Shown here: piece after piece, positions 22,032 through 34,355 of the stretch
Layout of the letters: the number at the start of each line of letters is the position of its first letter
How positions within the stretch are numbered: position 1 is the first letter of the stretch
From: Escherichia coli
Lineage (GTDB): Bacteria > Pseudomonadota > Gammaproteobacteria > Enterobacterales > Enterobacteriaceae
Assembly: GCF_003334315.1 (NCBI RefSeq)
Contig: NZ_QOWR01000005.1
Strand: one strand, 5' to 3'
DNA: 64,000 nt
Notes under the pieces: model-generated
Seen by the model: only the letters and a program-made list of their open reading frames with translations
What the model was told of the DNA's origin: nothing
Databases searched by the model: none
Position numbers and translations under genes: made by a program

Positions 22032-22910
22032 ATGTTCACGGGAAGTATTGTCGCGATTGTTACTCCGATGGATGAAAAAGGTAATGTCTGTCGGGCTAGC
22101 TTGAAAAAACTGATTGATTATCATGTCGCCAGCGGTACTTCGGCGATCGTTTCTGTTGGCACCACTGGCGAGTCCGCTACCTTAAATCATGACGAACATG
22201 CTGATGTGGTGATGATGACGCTGGAGCTGGCTGATGGGCGCATTCCGGTAATTGCCGGGACCGGCGCTAACGCTACTGCGGAAGCCATTAGCCTGACGCA
22301 GCGCTTCAATGACAGTGGTATCGTCGGCTGCCTGACGGTAACCCCTTACTACAATCGTCCGTCGCAAGAAGGTTTGTATCAGCATTTCAAAGCCATCGCT
22401 GAGCATACTGACCTGCCGCAAATTCTGTATAATGTGCCGTCCCGTACTGGCTGCGATCTGCTCCCGGAAACGGTGGGCCGTCTGGCGAAAGTAAAAAATA
22501 TTATCGGAATCAAAGAGGCAACAGGGAACTTAACGCGTGTAAACCAGATCAAAGAGCTGGTTTCAGATGATTTTGTTCTGCTGAGCGGCGATGATGCGAG
22601 CGCGCTGGACTTCATGCAATTAGGCGGTCATGGGGTTATTTCCGTTACGGCTAACGTCGCAGCGCGTGATATGGCCCAGATGTGCAAACTGGCAGCAGAA
22701 GGGCATTTTGCCGAGGCACGCGTTATTAATCAGCGTCTGATGCCATTACACAACAAACTATTTGTCGAACCCAATCCAATCCCGGTGAAATGGGCATGTA
22801 AGGAACTGGGTCTTGTGGCGACCGATACGCTGCGCCTGCCAATGACACCAATCACCGACAGTGGTCGTGAGACGGTCAGAGCGGCGCTTAAGCATGCCGG
22901 TTTGCTGTAA
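22032..22910 (+). CDS. dapA: 4-hydroxy-tetrahydrodipicolinate synthase
   Basis: 292 codons from ATG 22032: [47 protein letters not shown]... Confidence 0.97.
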   Translation: MFTGSIVAIVTPMDEKGNVCRASLKKLIDYHVASGTSAIVSVGTTGESATLNHDEHADVVMMTLELADGRIPVIAGTGANATAEAISLTQRFNDSGIVGCLTVTPYYNRPSQEGLYQHFKAIAEHTDLPQILYNVPSRTGCDLLPETVGRLAKVKNIIGIKEATGNLTRVNQIKELVSDDFVLLSGDDASALDFMQLGGHGVISVTANVAARDMAQMCKLAAEGHFAEARVINQRLMPLHNKLFVEPNPIPVKWACKELGLVATDTLRLPMTPITDSGRETVRAALKHAGLL

Positions 22911-22926
22911 AGTTTAGGGAGATTTG

Positions 22927-23961
22927 ATGGCTTACTCTGTTCAAAAGTCGCGCCTGGCAAAGGTTGCGGGTGTTTCGCTTGTTTTATTACTCGCTGCCTG
23001 TAGTTCTGACTCACGCTATAAGCGTCAGGTCAGTGGTGATGAAGCCTACCTGGAAGCGGCACCGCTTGCGGAGCTTCATGCCCCGGCTGGAATGATTTTG
23101 CCGGTGACCTCCGGTGATTATGCAATCCCGGTGATCAACGGTAGTGGTGCTGTCGGTAAGGCGCTGGACATTCGTCCACCAGCCCAGCCGCTGGCACTGG
23201 TTTCTGGCGCGCGTACCCAGTTCACGGGCGATACCGCTTCATTGCTGGTGGAAAATGGTCGTGGCAATACTCTGTGGCCGCAGGTGGTTAGCGTGCTGCA
23301 GGCGAAAAACTACACCATCACCCAACGTGATGATGCTGGTCAGACACTGACCACCGATTGGGTACAATGGAACCGTCTGGACGAAGACGAGCAGTATCGT
23401 GGTCGTTATCAAATCTCTGTTAAGCCGCAGGGTTATCAGCAGGCGGTTACGGTTAAACTGCTGAACCTGGAACAGGCGGGCAAACCGGTTGCAGACGCGG
23501 CTTCCATGCAGCGTTACAGCACGGAGATGATGAACGTTATTTCCGCCGGTCTGGATAAATCTGCCACTGACGCCGCGAACGCTGCGCAAAATCGTGCCTC
23601 CACCACTATGGACGTACAAAGTGCAGCTGATGACACCGGTTTACCAATGCTGGTCGTACGCGGGCCGTTCAATGTGGTTTGGCAACGTCTGCCAGCGGCG
23701 CTGGAAAAAGTGGGCATGAAAGTGACCGACAGCACCCGTTCGCAGGGCAACATGGCCGTAACTTATAAGCCGCTGTCTGACAGCGACTGGCAGGAACTGG
23801 GCGCGAGCGATCCAGGCCTGGCATCCGGTGACTATAAACTGCAGGTTGGCGATTTAGATAACCGCAGCAGCCTACAGTTCATCGATCCGAAAGGTCATAC
23901 TCTGACTCAGAGTCAGAACGACGCGCTGGTAGCTGTCTTCCAGGCTGCGTTTAGCAAGTAA
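22927..23961 (+). CDS. bamC: outer-membrane lipoprotein BamC (BAM complex)
   Basis: 344 codons: [28 protein letters not shown]... with lipobox LLAAC. Confidence 0.96.
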   Translation: MAYSVQKSRLAKVAGVSLVLLLAACSSDSRYKRQVSGDEAYLEAAPLAELHAPAGMILPVTSGDYAIPVINGSGAVGKALDIRPPAQPLALVSGARTQFTGDTASLLVENGRGNTLWPQVVSVLQAKNYTITQRDDAGQTLTTDWVQWNRLDEDEQYRGRYQISVKPQGYQQAVTVKLLNLEQAGKPVADAASMQRYSTEMMNVISAGLDKSATDAANAAQNRASTTMDVQSAADDTGLPMLVVRGPFNVVWQRLPAALEKVGMKVTDSTRSQGNMAVTYKPLSDSDWQELGASDPGLASGDYKLQVGDLDNRSSLQFIDPKGHTLTQSQNDALVAVFQAAFSK

Positions 23962-23967
23962 AAATAC

Positions 23968-23994
23968 AGGGCTGGAATCATCCGGCCCTTTTTT
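23968..23994 (+). terminator. intrinsic terminator after bamC
   Basis: Stem agggctgga/tccggccct (one G-U), loop atca, followed by T6. Confidence 0.75.
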
Positions 23995-24004
23995 CTGATA
24001 TGAT

Positions 24005-24020
24005 ACGCAAACGTGTGCGT
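24005..24020. promoter_or_regulatory. PurR operator (pur box) of purC
   Basis: acgcaaacgtgtgcgt, 15/16 match to ACGCAAACGTTTGCGT, in the purC upstream/leader region. Confidence 0.75.
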
Positions 24021-24066
24021 CGGCAGGAAAACGCGATTTTAGCGGTAATTCGCACGAAATTTGTTT

Positions 24067-24120
<54 letters not shown>

Positions 24121-24173
24121 CACCAGACAGCAAAAGATTTTAAAACGTTAATTCACACCCAGGAGTGATAAAG

Positions 24174-24887
24174 ATGCAAAAGCAAGCTGAGTTGTATCGT
24201 GGTAAAGCGAAAACCGTATACAGCACGGAAAACCCGGACCTGTTGGTGCTCGAATTCCGCAATGATACGTCAGCAGGGGATGGCGCGCGCATTGAGCAGT
24301 TTGATCGCAAAGGTATGGTGAACAACAAGTTCAACTACTTCATTATGAGCAAACTGGCTGAAGCGGGTATCCCGACTCAAATGGAGCGTCTGCTCTCCGA
24401 TACCGAATGTCTGGTGAAAAAGCTGGATATGGTGCCGGTTGAGTGTGTCGTGCGTAACCGTGCTGCGGGCTCTCTGGTGAAACGTCTTGGAATCGAAGAA
24501 GGTATTGAGCTGAACCCGCCGCTGTTCGATCTGTTCTTGAAAAACGACGCCATGCACGATCCGATGGTCAACGAATCTTACTGCGAAACCTTTGGCTGGG
24601 TAAGCAAAGAGAACCTGGCGCGTATGAAAGAGCTGACCTACAAAGCGAACGACGTGCTGAAAAAACTGTTCGATGATGCTGGTCTGATTCTGGTCGACTT
24701 CAAGCTGGAGTTTGGCCTGTACAAAGGTGAAGTCGTACTGGGCGATGAGTTCTCTCCGGACGGCAGCCGCCTGTGGGACAAAGAAACGCTGGAGAAAATG
24801 GACAAAGACCGTTTCCGCCAGAGCCTCGGTGGCCTGATCGAGGCCTATGAAGCCGTCGCCCGCCGCCTGGGTGTACAGCTGGACTGA
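24174..24887 (+). CDS. purC: SAICAR synthetase (phosphoribosylaminoimidazole-succinocarboxamide synthase)
   Basis: 237 codons from ATG 24174: [37 protein letters not shown]...; SD aggag 24161-24165. Confidence 0.97.
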
Positions 24888-25054
24888 TTTTTCTGTTCAT
24901 CATCTTGCCGTGCAGCTGGCACGGCAAGACAACCGCTCTCGGAAGATGTGCATTGAACGCTCATTCCTCCGCCATTTCATCCCGCTTTCCTGTGGTAATC
25001 TTCCTCTGAACCACCTACGATCATTTCTATAATGAATATATTGTTGAGGTATCT

Positions 25055-25918
25055 ATGCGTTGGCAAGGGCGACGTGAAAGTGACAATGTTGAAGACAGGC
25101 GCAACAGCTCTGGTGGTCCGTCTATGGGCGGTCCCGGTTTTCGCCTGCCAAGCGGTAAAGGCGGGCTGATTTTACTGATAGTCGTGCTGGTTGCAGGCTA
25201 CTATGGCGTTGATTTAACCGGGTTGATGACCGGGCAGCCGGTTTCTCAACAGCAATCAACGCGGTCAATTAGCCCAAATGAGGACGAAGCCGCAAAATTC
25301 ACCTCAGTGATTCTGGCAACCACGGAAGATACCTGGGGACAACAGTTCGAAAAGATGGGTAAGACCTATCAGCAACCGAAGCTGGTCATGTACCGTGGAA
25401 TGACGCGTACCGGATGCGGGGCGGGCCAGTCCATAATGGGGCCGTTCTATTGCCCGGCGGATGGCACGGTTTATATCGATCTCTCCTTCTATGATGACAT
25501 GAAAGACAAACTTGGCGCGGATGGCGATTTTGCCCAGGGGTACGTTATCGCCCATGAAGTCGGTCATCATGTGCAGAAACTGTTAGGCATCGAGCCGAAA
25601 GTTCGTCAACTGCAACAAAACGCGACGCAGGCGGAAGTGAACCGCTTATCTGTGCGTATGGAACTCCAGGCCGACTGTTTTGCCGGTGTCTGGGGGCATA
25701 GTATGCAGCAGCAAGGCGTTCTGGAAACCGGCGATCTGGAAGAGGCGCTGAATGCGGCGCAGGCCATCGGCGATGACCGTTTACAACAGCAAAGTCAGGG
25801 GCGAGTAGTACCAGACAGTTTCACTCATGGCACTTCTCAGCAACGCTACAGCTGGTTTAAACGTGGTTTCGACAGCGGCGATCCGGCACAATGCAATACT
25901 TTTGGTAAAAGCATTTAA
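25055..25918 (+). CDS. ypfJ: predicted membrane-anchored zinc metalloprotease (zincin fold), function unknown
   Basis: 287-codon ORF; N-terminal TM helix [16 protein letters not shown]; HEVGH motif at codons 167-171 (nt 25553-25567). Confidence 0.9.
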
Positions 25919-25932
25919 CTTCCGGGGCAGGG

Positions 25933-27948
25933 ATGGCTGAACTGACTGCGCTTCACACATTAACAGCGCAAATGAAACGTGAAGGGATCCGCCGCTTACT
26001 GGTGTTGAGCGGGGAAGAGGGTTGGTGTTTTGATCATGCGCTTAAGTTACGTGATGCCTTACCTGGCGACTGGCTGTGGATTTCGCCGCAGCCAGATGCT
26101 GAAAACCACTGTTCTCCCTCGGCACTACAAACTTTACTTGGGCGCGAGTTCCGGCATGCGGTATTCGACGCCCGCCACGGCTTTGATGCCGCTGCCTTTG
26201 CCGCACTTAGCGGAACGTTGAAAGCGGGAAGCTGGCTGGTTTTGTTACTCCCTGTATGGGAAGAGTGGGAAAACCAACCTGATGCCGACTCGCTGCGCTG
26301 GAGTGATTGCCCTGACCCTATTGCGACGCCGCATTTTGTCCAGCATTTCAAACGCGTACTTACGGCGGATAACGACGCTATCCTCTGGCGGCAAAACCAG
26401 CCGTTCTCGTTGGCGCATTTTACTCCCCGTACTGACTGGCACCCCGCGACCGGCGCACCACAACCAGAACAACAGCAACTCTTACAGCAGCTACTGACCA
26501 TGCCGTCGGGCGTGGCAGCGGTAACTGCTGCGCGTGGGCGCGGTAAATCGGCGCTGGCAGGGCAACTCATTTCTCGTATTGCGGGCAGTGCGATTGTCAC
26601 CGCGCCCGCAAAAGCGGCAACGGATGTACTGGCACAATTTGCGGGCGAGAAGTTTCGCTTTATTGCGCCGGATGCCTTGTTAGCCAGCGATGAACAAGCC
26701 GACTGGCTGGTGGTCGATGAAGCCGCAGCCATACCTGCGCCGTTGTTGCATCAACTGGTATCGCGTTTTCCTCGAACGTTGTTAACCACTACGGTGCAGG
26801 GCTACGAAGGCACCGGACGTGGTTTTTTGCTGAAATTTTGCGCTCGCTTTCCGCATTTACACCGTTTTGAACTGCAACAGCCGATCCGCTGGGCACAGGG
26901 ATGCCCGCTGGAAAAAATGGTTAGTAATGCACTGGTTTTTGACGATGAAAACTTCACCCATACACCACAAGGCAATATCGTCATTTCCGCATTTGAACAA
27001 ACGTTATGGCGAAGCGAGCCAGAAACGCCGTTAAAGGTTTATCAGTTATTGTCTGGTGCGCACTACCGGACTTCGCCGCTGGATTTACGCCGGATGATGG
27101 ATGCACCAGGGCAATATTTTTTACAGGCGGCTGGCGAAAACGAGATTGCCGGAGCGCTGTGGCTGGTGGATGAGGGGGGATTATCTCAACAACTCAGTCA
27201 GGCGGTATGGGCAGGTTTTCGTCGCCCGCGGGGTAATCTGGTGGCCCAGTCGCTGGCGGCGCACGGCAGCAATCCACTGGCGGCGACATTGCGTGGACGG
27301 CGGGTCAGCCGGATAGCAGTTCATCCGGCTCGTCAGCGGGAAGGCACAGGGCGGCAACTTATTGCTGGTGCTTTGCAATATACGCGTGACCTCGACTATC
27401 TTTCGGTGAGTTTTGGTTACACCGGGGAGTTATGGCGTTTCTGGCAACGCTGCGGTTTTGTGCTGGTGCGAATGGGTAATCATCGTGAAGCCAGCAGCGG
27501 TTGCTATACGGCGATGGCGCTGTTACCGATGAGTGATGCGGGTAAACAGCTGGCTGAACGTGAGCATTACCGTTTACGTCGCGATGCGCAAGCTCTCGCG
27601 CAGTGGAATGGCGAAATGCTTCCTGTTGATCCACTAAACGATGCCATCCTTTCTGACGACGACTGGCTTGAACTGGCCGGTTTTGCTTTCGCTCATCGTC
27701 CGCTATTAACATCGTTAGGTTGCTTATTGCGTATGCTACAAACCAGTGAACTGGCATTACCGGCGCTGCGTGGGCGTTTACAGAAAAACGTCAGCGACGC
27801 GCAGTTATGTACCACACTTAAACTTTCAGGCCGCAAGATGTTACTGGTCCGTCAGCGGGAAGAGGCCGCGCAGGCGCTGTTCGCACTTAATGATGTTCGC
27901 ACTGAGCGTCTGCGCGATCGCATAACGCAATGGCAATTTTTTCACTGA
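25933..27948 (+). CDS. tmcA: tRNA(Met) cytidine acetyltransferase (helicase-like ATPase + GNAT)
   Basis: 671-codon ORF MAELTALHTLTAQMKREGIRRLLVLSGEEGWCF...; Walker A AARGRGKSALAG. Confidence 0.93.
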   Translation: MAELTALHTLTAQMKREGIRRLLVLSGEEGWCFDHALKLRDALPGDWLWISPQPDAENHCSPSALQTLLGREFRHAVFDARHGFDAAAFAALSGTLKAGSWLVLLLPVWEEWENQPDADSLRWSDCPDPIATPHFVQHFKRVLTADNDAILWRQNQPFSLAHFTPRTDWHPATGAPQPEQQQLLQQLLTMPSGVAAVTAARGRGKSALAGQLISRIAGSAIVTAPAKAATDVLAQFAGEKFRFIAPDALLASDEQADWLVVDEAAAIPAPLLHQLVSRFPRTLLTTTVQGYEGTGRGFLLKFCARFPHLHRFELQQPIRWAQGCPLEKMVSNALVFDDENFTHTPQGNIVISAFEQTLWRSEPETPLKVYQLLSGAHYRTSPLDLRRMMDAPGQYFLQAAGENEIAGALWLVDEGGLSQQLSQAVWAGFRRPRGNLVAQSLAAHGSNPLAATLRGRRVSRIAVHPARQREGTGRQLIAGALQYTRDLDYLSVSFGYTGELWRFWQRCGFVLVRMGNHREASSGCYTAMALLPMSDAGKQLAEREHYRLRRDAQALAQWNGEMLPVDPLNDAILSDDDWLELAGFAFAHRPLLTSLGCLLRMLQTSELALPALRGRLQKNVSDAQLCTTLKLSGRKMLLVRQREEAAQALFALNDVRTERLRDRITQWQFFH

Positions 27949-28021
27949 CTCCTTCAATTTTCTCCCATGGTCATTGTGAGTCAGCGGCGTAAAATTAATG
28001 ACATCAGTTAAGGAGTTCGCC

Positions 28022-28720
28022 ATGAAACATGACCATTTTGTTGTTCAAAGCCCGGATAAACCTGCGCAACAGTTGTTACTGCTTTTCCACGGTGTCGGGG
28101 ATAACCCGGTGGCAATGGGGGAAATAGGTAGCTGGTTTGCACCGCTGTTTCCTGATGCGCTGGTGGTGAGTGTCGGTGGCGCGGAGCCGAGCGGTAATCC
28201 GGCGGGGCGTCAGTGGTTTTCGGTGCAGGGTATTACGGAAGATAATCGCCAGGCGCGTGTGGATGCGATCATGCCGACGTTTATTGAAACGGTGCGCTAC
28301 TGGCAGAAACAGAGCGGAGTAGGGGCTAACGCCACGGCGCTAATCGGTTTCTCTCAAGGCGCGATTATGGCGCTGGAGAGCATTAAAGCCGAACCGGGCC
28401 TTGCTTCGCGCGTCATTGCCTTTAACGGACGCTATGCGAGCCTGCCGGAAACCGCGTCTACAGCAACGACAATTCACCTGATTCATGGTGGTGAAGATCC
28501 GGTTATCGATCTGGCGCATGCGGTTGCGGCGCAGGAAGCGTTAATCAGTGCCGGTGGTGACGTGACGCTGGATATCGTGGAGGATTTAGGCCATGCGATC
28601 GACAATCGCAGTATGCAATTTGCCCTGGATCACTTGCGTTATACCATTCCTAAACATTATTTCGACGAAGCGCTAAGTGGCGGTAAGCCTGGCGATGATG
28701 ATGTGATTGAAATGATGTAA
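28022..28720 (+). CDS. ypfH: alpha/beta-hydrolase family esterase
   Basis: 232 codons from ATG 28022: MKHDHFVVQSPDKPAQQLLLLFHGVGDN...; GFSQG nucleophile elbow. Confidence 0.92.
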   Translation: MKHDHFVVQSPDKPAQQLLLLFHGVGDNPVAMGEIGSWFAPLFPDALVVSVGGAEPSGNPAGRQWFSVQGITEDNRQARVDAIMPTFIETVRYWQKQSGVGANATALIGFSQGAIMALESIKAEPGLASRVIAFNGRYASLPETASTATTIHLIHGGEDPVIDLAHAVAAQEALISAGGDVTLDIVEDLGHAIDNRSMQFALDHLRYTIPKHYFDEALSGGKPGDDDVIEMM

Positions 28721-28735
28721 AAGACAGATTACCAG

Positions 28736-28816
28736 GCCTGATAAGACGCGTGAGCGTCGCATCAGGCATCGTTCACCATTGCCGGATGCGGCGTGAACGC
28801 CTTATCCGGCCTACGG
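28736..28816. repeat. REP/BIME elements (two units)
   Basis: gcctgataagacgcgtgagcgtcgcatcaggc and gccggatgcggcgtgaacgccttatccggcctacgg. Confidence 0.85.
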
Positions 28817-28829
28817 TTGAGCACTCAGC

Positions 28830-29030
28830 TTACTTCTTCGGTTGATCCTTTTTCGGCCAGTCGTCGTCATCGTCCCACTTATCGTTGAAATCACGATGCG
28901 GGGGAAGCTCCGGCTTGTTGGCGAGAAATTTCTTATGGTCGACGCGCTTGAGATCTTTAATCACGTTCAGCAGGACGCCTACCAAAAAGACAATCACCAG
29001 AATCCACCAATATTTAGCCAGCCAGTCCAT
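28830..29030 (-). CDS. ypfN: small membrane protein YpfN (UPF0370)
   Basis: 66 codons from ATG 29030: [66 protein letters not shown]. Confidence 0.88.
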
Positions 29031-29057
29031 GCTTATTTCCTCTTGCAGAACCACTCA

Positions 29058-30185
29058 TCAGGCGACGAGCTGTTCCATGATACGTTGATACATACGGGCA
29101 AGTAGCTGCAGGTCGGCAGCGTTCACACATTCATTAATTTTATGAATAGTGGCATTGACCGGCCCGAGTTCCACCACCTGCGCCCCCATGCGGGCAATAA
29201 AGCGCCCGTCGGACGTTCCGCCTGTGGTCAGTAGCTGCGGTTTAATTTCATTATAGTGCTCAACCGCGTTAACGACCGCATCCACCAGTTTACCGCGCGC
29301 GGTCAAAAATGGCTGCCCGGAAAGCCACCAATCCACCGTATAGCGCAGTTGATGTTTTTCAAGCAGGGCAAGCACCTGCGCTTTGATCATCTCATCAGTC
29401 AGTTCGGTGCTGAAGCGGAAGTTAAACTGCACAAACAGTTCACCCGGAATAACGTTGTTACTGCCCGTTCCCGCCTGAATATTGGCAATCTGCATACTGG
29501 TCGCCGGGAAGAATTCATTGCCCTGATCCCACTCAATAGCCACTAATTCATTAAGGAAAGGTGCTGCGCGATGTACCGGATTGTCAGCCAGATGTGGGTA
29601 GGCAACATGCCCCTGAACGCCATGAATGGTAAGGTTGCAGGTTAATGATCCGCGACGACCATTTTTCACCACATCACCTACCACTTCGATACTCGACGGT
29701 TCGCCAACCAGGCAGTAATCGAGACGCTCATTACGTGCCATTAACGCTTCGACGACTTTTACCGTACCGTTGTGGGCACTGGCTTCTTCATCAGAGGTGA
29801 TCAGAAATGCCAGTCGCCCCGTATGGTTGGGATGTTGTGCGACAAAACGTTCTGCCGCCACCACCATCGCCGCCAGCGAGCCTTTCATATCTGCCGCACC
29901 GCGCCCGAATAACATGCCGTCACGAATGGTGGGTTCAAACGGGGGATTGATCCAACGATCGGCGTCGCCAGGCGGCACCACGTCGGTATGCCCGGCAAAG
30001 GCTAACGTTTCACCCTGCCCACGCCATGCCCAAAAATTCTGCGTATCGGCAAAGTCCATGCGTTCAACGGTAAAACCGATCGCCTGCAAACGTTCAATCA
30101 ACAAAGCCTGGCATCCTGCATCATCAGGACTCAGGGAAGGGCGGCGAATAAGCTGTTGTGTCAGCTCAATAACCGGGCACGACAT
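29058..30185 (-). CDS. dapE: succinyl-diaminopimelate desuccinylase (M20 peptidase)
   Basis: 375-codon [59 protein letters not shown]... Confidence 0.97.
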
Positions 30186-30188
30186 AGA

Positions 30189-30563
<375 letters not shown>

Positions 30564-30920
30564 TTATGAGAATAAATACTCATTTAAGGGTGAAAACATT
30601 TTGCCTGCAAATGATTATCAGGAAATATAACATTATCGAAGTATTCAAATTAACAACTATTAAATAATATTAAACATTTTTAACGTAAACATTAAGAATA
30701 TTCATCTTGTTATCTGTCTGTATTTTAACCAGAATTAAATCAGTATTAGATGCCGTATGAATATCTCGAAATGTTGCTGTGTATCACATACAAATCATCA
30801 CCGCAGGACCATAGTATTTACATAAGATTTGTCCCCCGGAGGTAGTCATCGCAGCAATCGAGTAAATTAGCTTCACCACGGTATATTGTTTCCGTAGAAT
30901 ACCCATAATTAGAGGTTGTT

Positions 30921-30980
30921 ATGATTGAACGTGAACTGGGGAACTGGAAAGACTTTATCGAAGTTATGCTTCGTAAGTAA
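30921..30980 (+). CDS. ypfM: 19-residue small protein YpfM
   Basis: ATG 30921 with SD agagg 5 nt upstream; MIERELGNWKDFIEVMLRK-stop; matches the small protein YpfM as I recall it, and sits between yffB and acrD as in K-12. Confidence 0.8.
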   Translation: MIERELGNWKDFIEVMLRK

Positions 30981-31040
30981 TTCCTGAGACAAAGTACAAA
31001 CAGCAAGAACCCGCTGAGCAGGTTCTTAATCGGAAAGTTG

Positions 31041-31074
31041 AAAAAGGCGACACATTGGCATGTCGCCTTTTTTA
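31041..31074. terminator. bidirectional intrinsic terminator (ypfM / acrD)
   Basis: A5-ggcgaca-cattggca-tgtcgcc-T6: GC-rich hairpin flanked by A-run and T-run, ending 5 nt before the acrD stop. Confidence 0.8.
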
Positions 31075-31078
31075 TTGC

Positions 31079-34000
31079 TTATTCCGGGCGCGGCTTCAGC
31101 GGGAAGCGGCGGCGCACCAGCACAAAGAACAGCGGCACGAAGTAAATAGCCAGAATAGTGGCCGAAATCATCCCGCCCATTACGCCAGTACCCACCGCAT
31201 GCTGACCACCGGAACCGGCACCCGTGCTGGTTGCCATTGGCAATACGCCGAAGATAAATGCCAGCGAGGTCATCAGAATCGGGCGTAAACGCTGACGGCA
31301 GGCGTGGAGCGTCGCTTCAAACAGGTCGTGGCCTTTTTGGTTCATCTCGTTAGCAAACTCGACGATCAGGATGGCGTTTTTCGCCGATAAACCAATGACC
31401 GTTAACAGGCCCACCTGGAAGTAAACGTCGTTTTCCAGCCCGCGCATCCAGGTTGCCAGCAGCGCGCCGATTACCCCCAGCGGCACGACCAGCATTACCG
31501 AGAACGGCACCGACCAGCTTTCATACAACGCAGCCAGACACAGGAATACCACCAGCAAGGAAATGGCGTACAGCGCCGGAGCCTGCGCGCCGGAAAGCCG
31601 CTCCTGATACGACATCGCCGTCCACTCCAGACCAAAGCCGTTTGGCAGCTGCTTCACTAACGATTCCATAATATCCATCGCCGTACCGGTACTGACCCCC
31701 GGTGCGGCTTCCCCAACAATCTCAACCGCAGAATAACCGTTATAGCGTTCCAGACGCGGCGAGCCTGTTTCCCAGCGTGAGGTCGCGAAAGCAGAGAAGG
31801 GCACCATGCCGCCATCTTTATTTCGGACATACCAGAGATTGATGTCATCTGGCAGCATGCGATACGGCGCAGCTGCCTGCACATAGACTTTCTTCACGCG
31901 ACCGCGATCCATAAAGTCATTCACATAGCTCGAACCCCAGGCGGTTTGCAGTGTGTCGTTAATATCGTCGATAGCAACGCCCAGCGCCTGAGCTTTACGC
32001 TGGTCGATATCAATCTGCAACTGCGGACTGTCGTCGAGGCCGTTATGGCGCACACGGGTTAGCTCCGGGTTTTCCGCCGCCAGCGCCAGCAACTGATTAC
32101 GTGCTGCCATCAGCGCATCGTGACCCGCTCCAGCGTGGTCCTGCAACTCCATATCAAAACCCGCAGAACTACCAAGACCGCTAATTGCTGGCGGGCTGCT
32201 GGCGATAACGCGAGCTTCTTTAATCTTGTTAAACGCCTTCGTTGCACGCTCGATAATGGCAAATGAGGTGCCGGTCTTACTGTCGCGTTCGCTCCAGTCT
32301 TTCAGGCGGATAAACATTCGCGCCACGTTTTGCCCGTTGCCCCCAGGGCCAGAGCCAACGGTGGCAAACACCGACATGATGTTGTCTTTTTCATGGGTGA
32401 AGTAATATTTCTCGATTTGCTCAACGACTTTCAGGGTCTGTTGTTGGGTTGAACCGCTGGGCAATTGTACCGAGGTAGTAAACATGCCCCGGTCTTCCAG
32501 CGGTAAGAACGACGTCGGCAAACGCAGGAACAGGAACACCATGCCGCCAAGCAGCAGGACATAAATCACAATCCAGCGCAGGCTACGGTGGAGAATTTTC
32601 GCCACCCCTTTTTCGTAGCGTTCGGCGTTGCGGTTAAACATCTGGTTAAACCAGGCAAAAAAGCCTTTTTGCCCATGATGCTCACCTTTTTTCAGTGGCT
32701 TAAGTAGCGTGGCACACAGAGCCGGAGTGAGGATCATCGCTACCAGTACTGACAGCACCATCGCCGCAACAATGGTAATAGAGAACTGGCGATAGATGGC
32801 ACCGGTGGTGCCGCCGAAGAAGGCCATTGGTACAAATACCGCCGAAAGCACCATCGCAATCCCGACCAGTGCCCCCTGGATCTGCCCCATCGATTTACGT
32901 GTGGCTTCGCGAGGAGTGAGTCCTTCCTCACTCATAATACGTTCGACGTTTTCTACCACCACGATGGCATCATCCACCAGCAGACCGATCGCCAGCACCA
33001 TCGCGAACATGGTTAAGGTGTTGACGCTGTAACCGAAGGCGTAAAGTACGGAGAAGGTTCCCATCAACACCACCGGCACGGCGATAGTGGGTATCAGCGT
33101 GGCGCGGAAGTTTTGCAGGAACAGATACATAACGAGGAAAACCAGAGCGATAGCTTCCAGCAGCGTTTTCACCACGTCTTCAATGGAGGCTTTAACAAAC
33201 GAGGTGGTTTCATACGCCACCTTGTATTCCAGTCCATGCGGGAAATACTGCGCCAGCTCGTCGAGACGATTGAGCACCAGCTCCGCTGTCGCCATTTCGT
33301 TTGCGCCGGAGGCCAGTTTTACCCCCAGCCCGGAGGCTGGCTTACCATTGAAGCGGCTAAGATAATCGTATTTCTCCGCCCCCATTTCGACGGTGGCGAC
33401 ATCGCCCAGCCTTACCTCTGAGCCGTCTTGATTCACCCTCAAGGTGATATCGCGGAACTGTTCTGGTGTTTGCAGCAGTGACTGGGCGTTAATGGTGGCG
33501 TTGAGCGCCTGCTTATCGACGGAAGGTGTACCACCAAGTTGCCCAACCGCAATCTGCGCGTTCTGTGACTCAATGGCATCAGTGACATCTTTAGCTGTCA
33601 TCTGGAAACTGTTGAGTTTCGCCGGGTCCAGCCAGATACGCATGGAATATTGCGAACCATAGGCATCAATATCCCCGACGCCATTTACGCGGCTTAACGG
33701 GTCCTGAATATTACTGGCAACATAATCAGCAATATCCTGTTTATCCATCGAACCATCGGTAGAGACGAAGGCAATGGTCAGAATGTTGGTATCGCCGGTT
33801 TTACGCACCGTCACGCCCTGATTTTGCACCGCCTGCGGTAACTTTCGCATGGCTGATTGCAGCTGGTTTTGTACTTGCTGCACGGCTTCGTCCGGATCGG
33901 TGCCTGCTTTAAAACTTAAAGTGACAGATGCCTGACCGGTGCCACTGCTCTGAGATGACATATACATGAGATTATCGAGGCCGGTCATATTTTGCTCGAT

Positions 34001-34192
34001 AACCTGGGTCACGGTGTTTTCCAGCGTCTGGGCCGATGCGCCGGGATAGTTAGCGGTCACTCGCACATTCGGTGGCGCGAGATCGGGGTATTGTTCAACG
34101 GGCAATGAAAAAATCGCCAGGGTACCTGTCAGACACAACAGGATTGCCAGCACCCAGGCAAAAATGGGGCGATCAATAAAGAAATTCGCCAT
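31079..34192 (-). CDS. acrD: RND-family aminoglycoside/multidrug efflux pump, inner-membrane component
   Basis: 1037-codon [59 protein letters not shown]... Confidence 0.97.
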   Translation of the reverse strand: MANFFIDRPIFAWVLAILLCLTGTLAIFSLPVEQYPDLAPPNVRVTANYPGASAQTLENTVTQVIEQNMTGLDNLMYMSSQSSGTGQASVTLSFKAGTDPDEAVQQVQNQLQSAMRKLPQAVQNQGVTVRKTGDTNILTIAFVSTDGSMDKQDIADYVASNIQDPLSRVNGVGDIDAYGSQYSMRIWLDPAKLNSFQMTAKDVTDAIESQNAQIAVGQLGGTPSVDKQALNATINAQSLLQTPEQFRDITLRVNQDGSEVRLGDVATVEMGAEKYDYLSRFNGKPASGLGVKLASGANEMATAELVLNRLDELAQYFPHGLEYKVAYETTSFVKASIEDVVKTLLEAIALVFLVMYLFLQNFRATLIPTIAVPVVLMGTFSVLYAFGYSVNTLTMFAMVLAIGLLVDDAIVVVENVERIMSEEGLTPREATRKSMGQIQGALVGIAMVLSAVFVPMAFFGGTTGAIYRQFSITIVAAMVLSVLVAMILTPALCATLLKPLKKGEHHGQKGFFAWFNQMFNRNAERYEKGVAKILHRSLRWIVIYVLLLGGMVFLFLRLPTSFLPLEDRGMFTTSVQLPSGSTQQQTLKVVEQIEKYYFTHEKDNIMSVFATVGSGPGGNGQNVARMFIRLKDWSERDSKTGTSFAIIERATKAFNKIKEARVIASSPPAISGLGSSAGFDMELQDHAGAGHDALMAARNQLLALAAENPELTRVRHNGLDDSPQLQIDIDQRKAQALGVAIDDINDTLQTAWGSSYVNDFMDRGRVKKVYVQAAAPYRMLPDDINLWYVRNKDGGMVPFSAFATSRWETGSPRLERYNGYSAVEIVGEAAPGVSTGTAMDIMESLVKQLPNGFGLEWTAMSYQERLSGAQAPALYAISLLVVFLCLAALYESWSVPFSVMLVVPLGVIGALLATWMRGLENDVYFQVGLLTVIGLSAKNAILIVEFANEMNQKGHDLFEATLHACRQRLRPILMTSLAFIFGVLPMATSTGAGSGGQHAVGTGVMGGMISATILAIYFVPLFFVLVRRRFPLKPRPE

Positions 34193-34355
34193 TAAAAGAG
34201 GACCTCGTGTTTCTGCGTATCGTTGTAGGCTTGACTTGCTTCACTGTAGCGGCAAGGTACGAGCCAATCGTGGAGAAAAAAAGGAGTTAATGTAAATTAT
34301 CATGCCCTTTTATACTGAACCTTAAGTGCAAGTATTCTTTGGTCAGTAGGAGGCA

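Noticed and set aside
30756-30824. 22-codon Cys/His-rich mini-ORF (MNISKCCCVSHTNHHRRTIVFT) in the AT-rich yffB upstream region
   Set aside because: No ribosome-binding site and no known homolog; likely chance ORF in AT-rich DNA.
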